From: Patescibacteria group bacterium
Lineage (GTDB): Bacteria > Patescibacteriota > Patescibacteriia > UBA9934 > GWF2-40-263
NCBI GenBank assembly: GCA_035290185.1
Contig: DATDUW010000038.1
Span: forward strand, 233-64,232
Length of the DNA stretch: 64,000 nucleotides
Direction: 5' to 3'
The notes below the pieces were generated by a model. That model searched no databases and was not told where the DNA came from. It saw nothing but the letters and a program-made list of their open reading frames with translations. The position numbers were made by a program, and so were the translations under genes. Shown here piece after piece: positions 63,016-64,000 of this stretch (position 1 is its first letter; the number at the start of each line of letters is the position of its first letter).

Positions 63016-63306
63016 ATGTCTCGTACTTTCTGGGTTTACATTTTGACCAATCAAACTCATTCTGTTCTTTATACGGGGATGACGGGGAATTTACCGAGGC
63101 GTGTTTACGAGCACAAAGAAAAATTAGTTCCTGGATTTACAGCTAAGTATCAAGCCACGGAGTTGGTTCATGCCGAGCCGTATAATACAGCCACAGAAGC
63201 CATTGCCAGAGAGAAACAGATTAAGGGGGGTTCGCGAGCGAAGAAGATAGTGTTGATTCAAGAAAATAATCCAGAGTGGAAGGATTTATCGTTTGATTTT
63301 GTTTGA
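63016..63306 (+). CDS. GIY-YIG nuclease-family protein (UPF0213-like, 96 aa)
   Basis: FWVYILTNQTHSVLYTGMTGNLPRRVYEHKEK...AIAREKQIKGGSRAKK. Confidence 0.85.
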   Translation: MSRTFWVYILTNQTHSVLYTGMTGNLPRRVYEHKEKLVPGFTAKYQATELVHAEPYNTATEAIAREKQIKGGSRAKKIVLIQENNPEWKDLSFDFV

Positions 63307-63314
63307 AAAGACGA

Positions 63315-63360
63315 GAGATTGCTTCGTCGCCGCAGAGTGACGAGCGTCTTCGCAATGACG
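63315..63360. repeat. right flank repeats B' and A' of the GIY-YIG cassette
   Basis: B' is GAGATTGCTTCGTC (63315-63328), the reverse complement of B minus a 6-nt insert. A' is CTTCGCAATGACG (63348-63360), the reverse complement of A at 12 of 13 positions. Confidence 0.7.
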
Positions 63361-63381
63361 AGTTTTTATAAATAAATTTGT

Positions 63382-63945
63382 ATGAAAACCGCCTATCTGA
63401 TCCATGGCTGGGGATGCAAACCAGAAGCAGGATTCCGTCCATGGCTGAAAGAACAGCTCGAAGCCTGTGGATACAACGTCGTCCTACCGGTCATGCCGGA
63501 TCCGAATGTTCCACTTTTTGAAACCTGGATTTCATATCTGCAATTCGTGATTGCTGATCTGGATGAAGAAACCGTTCTTGTGGGCCACAGTTTGGGAGGC
63601 CTGGCCATTTTGCATTTCCTCCAGCGTCTGTCCGAAGGCGTCCGTGTTGGGAAGGTCGTTCTTGTCGCGCCCGTCATAGATGAAATTATGGGTTTATCCG
63701 AGGAAGAAAAATCATTAGCCAAACCCTGGCTCGAAATGCCGATTGACGCTGAAAAAATTAGGCGGTCGGCAAAGGAGATTATCGGATTTTTTTCCGACAA
63801 TGATCCATGGATTCCCCTCCGAAGCGAGCAGGTATTCAGGGAACGGTATGGCGCAAAGACGTTTGTCGAGCATGATAAAAAACATTGGGGAGATCATGAC
63901 GGAGTAACGGAAGTGCGAAGCGTGCTGGAGGCGATTTTTGGTTAG
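63382..63945 (+). CDS. alpha/beta-fold serine hydrolase (YdeN/RBBP9-like)
   Basis: AYLIHGWG, the nucleophile elbow GHSLGG, a C-terminal D and H (DNDPWIP, HDKKHWG), and a length of about 187 aa. Confidence 0.8.
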   Translation: MKTAYLIHGWGCKPEAGFRPWLKEQLEACGYNVVLPVMPDPNVPLFETWISYLQFVIADLDEETVLVGHSLGGLAILHFLQRLSEGVRVGKVVLVAPVIDEIMGLSEEEKSLAKPWLEMPIDAEKIRRSAKEIIGFFSDNDPWIPLRSEQVFRERYGAKTFVEHDKKHWGDHDGVTEVRSVLEAIFG

Positions 63946-63959
63946 GGAACATTTTTAAA

Positions 63960-63988
63960 AGCCGCGGGGAGAATAGCCCGCGGCTTTG
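63960..63988 (+). terminator. hairpin terminator (weak T-run)
   Basis: AGCCGCGGG-N8-CCCGCGGCT-TTT. Confidence 0.45.
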
Positions 63989-64000
63989 GTGTGTAGCATG

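Noticed and set aside
62826-63146. A 106-aa ORF overlapping the start of the GIY-YIG gene.
   Set aside because: Only its first 40 codons or so look protein-like. The remainder reads through repeats A and B and the GIY-YIG gene out of frame. It may be a remnant of an interrupted gene and is not annotated as a CDS.
1-64000. An alternative genetic code (UGA as a sense codon, as in some candidate phyla), CRISPR arrays, rRNA genes and prophage.
   Set aside because: TGA terminates many well-supported genes just before terminators. Conserved genes are full-length under the standard code. No regularly spaced direct repeats, rRNA-like conserved blocks or phage structural/integrase motifs were seen.

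Overview
This 64-kb window is about half G+C, densely coding, and uses the standard genetic code. TGA ends many ORFs that are followed by terminators, and RecG, PheT and ClpC read through intact. The gene content suggests a small-genome, Patescibacteria/CPR-like bacterium; this rests on a PrgI/VirB4 set, comFC, giant Cys-rich exoproteins, many stand-alone GIY-YIG genes and CCA-encoding tRNAs, and is inference only.

Layout:
- **nt 1-6113:** the last 5.4 kb of a giant cysteine-rich exoprotein whose 5' end lies upstream of the window, converging on a lipoprotein gene.
- **nt 6240-7739:** a gene-poor stretch with palindromes, a consensus promoter and a roughly 420-nt GC-rich leader.
- **nt 7740-19313:** an M23 lipoprotein gene followed by a tightly coupled operon encoding a minimal Gram-positive-type T4SS-like set. 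The set is a VirB6/TrbL-like polytopic protein, an orphan, PrgI/VirB3-like, a VirB4 N-domain-like ORF, the VirB4 ATPase and a VirB8-like bitopic protein. It ends in comFC. No relaxase or coupling protein is seen.
- **nt 19442-21328:** divergent orphan membrane modules.
- **nt 21510-26248:** an accessory islet bounded by tRNAs. Two tRNA-Ser genes are each followed by a small GIY-YIG gene, in mirror image. The islet also holds ASCH, NUDIX, P-loop kinase and other small genes, and tRNA-Arg.
- **nt 26685-31159:** a secreted protein, a fused double GT4 glycosyltransferase and an ABC-F ATPase.
- **nt 31160-36312:** a 5-kb block holding a small Cys-rich protein unit, two TrmB-like regulators, a DUF711-like protein, a C39-like peptidase and ddl. 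It is bracketed by the ABC-F 3' end and a decayed second copy of that end, which share a 59-bp perfect core.
- **nt 36389-45547:** housekeeping genes (csp, flavoprotein, greA, recG) mixed with orphans. One orphan is visibly GC3-rich and looks foreign.
- **nt 45600-55746:** a long minus-strand string, lemA-htpX-clpC-[five envelope genes]-radA. The envelope genes include a pilin-like/NlpC-P60 fusion, a DsbA-like protein and a beta-propeller.
- **nt 55820-63945:** PGM/PMM, rseP, pheS, pheT, an orphan, a third GIY-YIG gene flanked by nested inverted repeats, and a serine hydrolase.

No CRISPR array, rRNA, integrase or transposase was recognised. The best candidate for a novel system is the relaxase-less T4SS-like/comFC operon with its associated Cys-rich surface proteins and the second envelope operon. 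All functional calls come from motif reading by eye and need HMM or structure confirmation.
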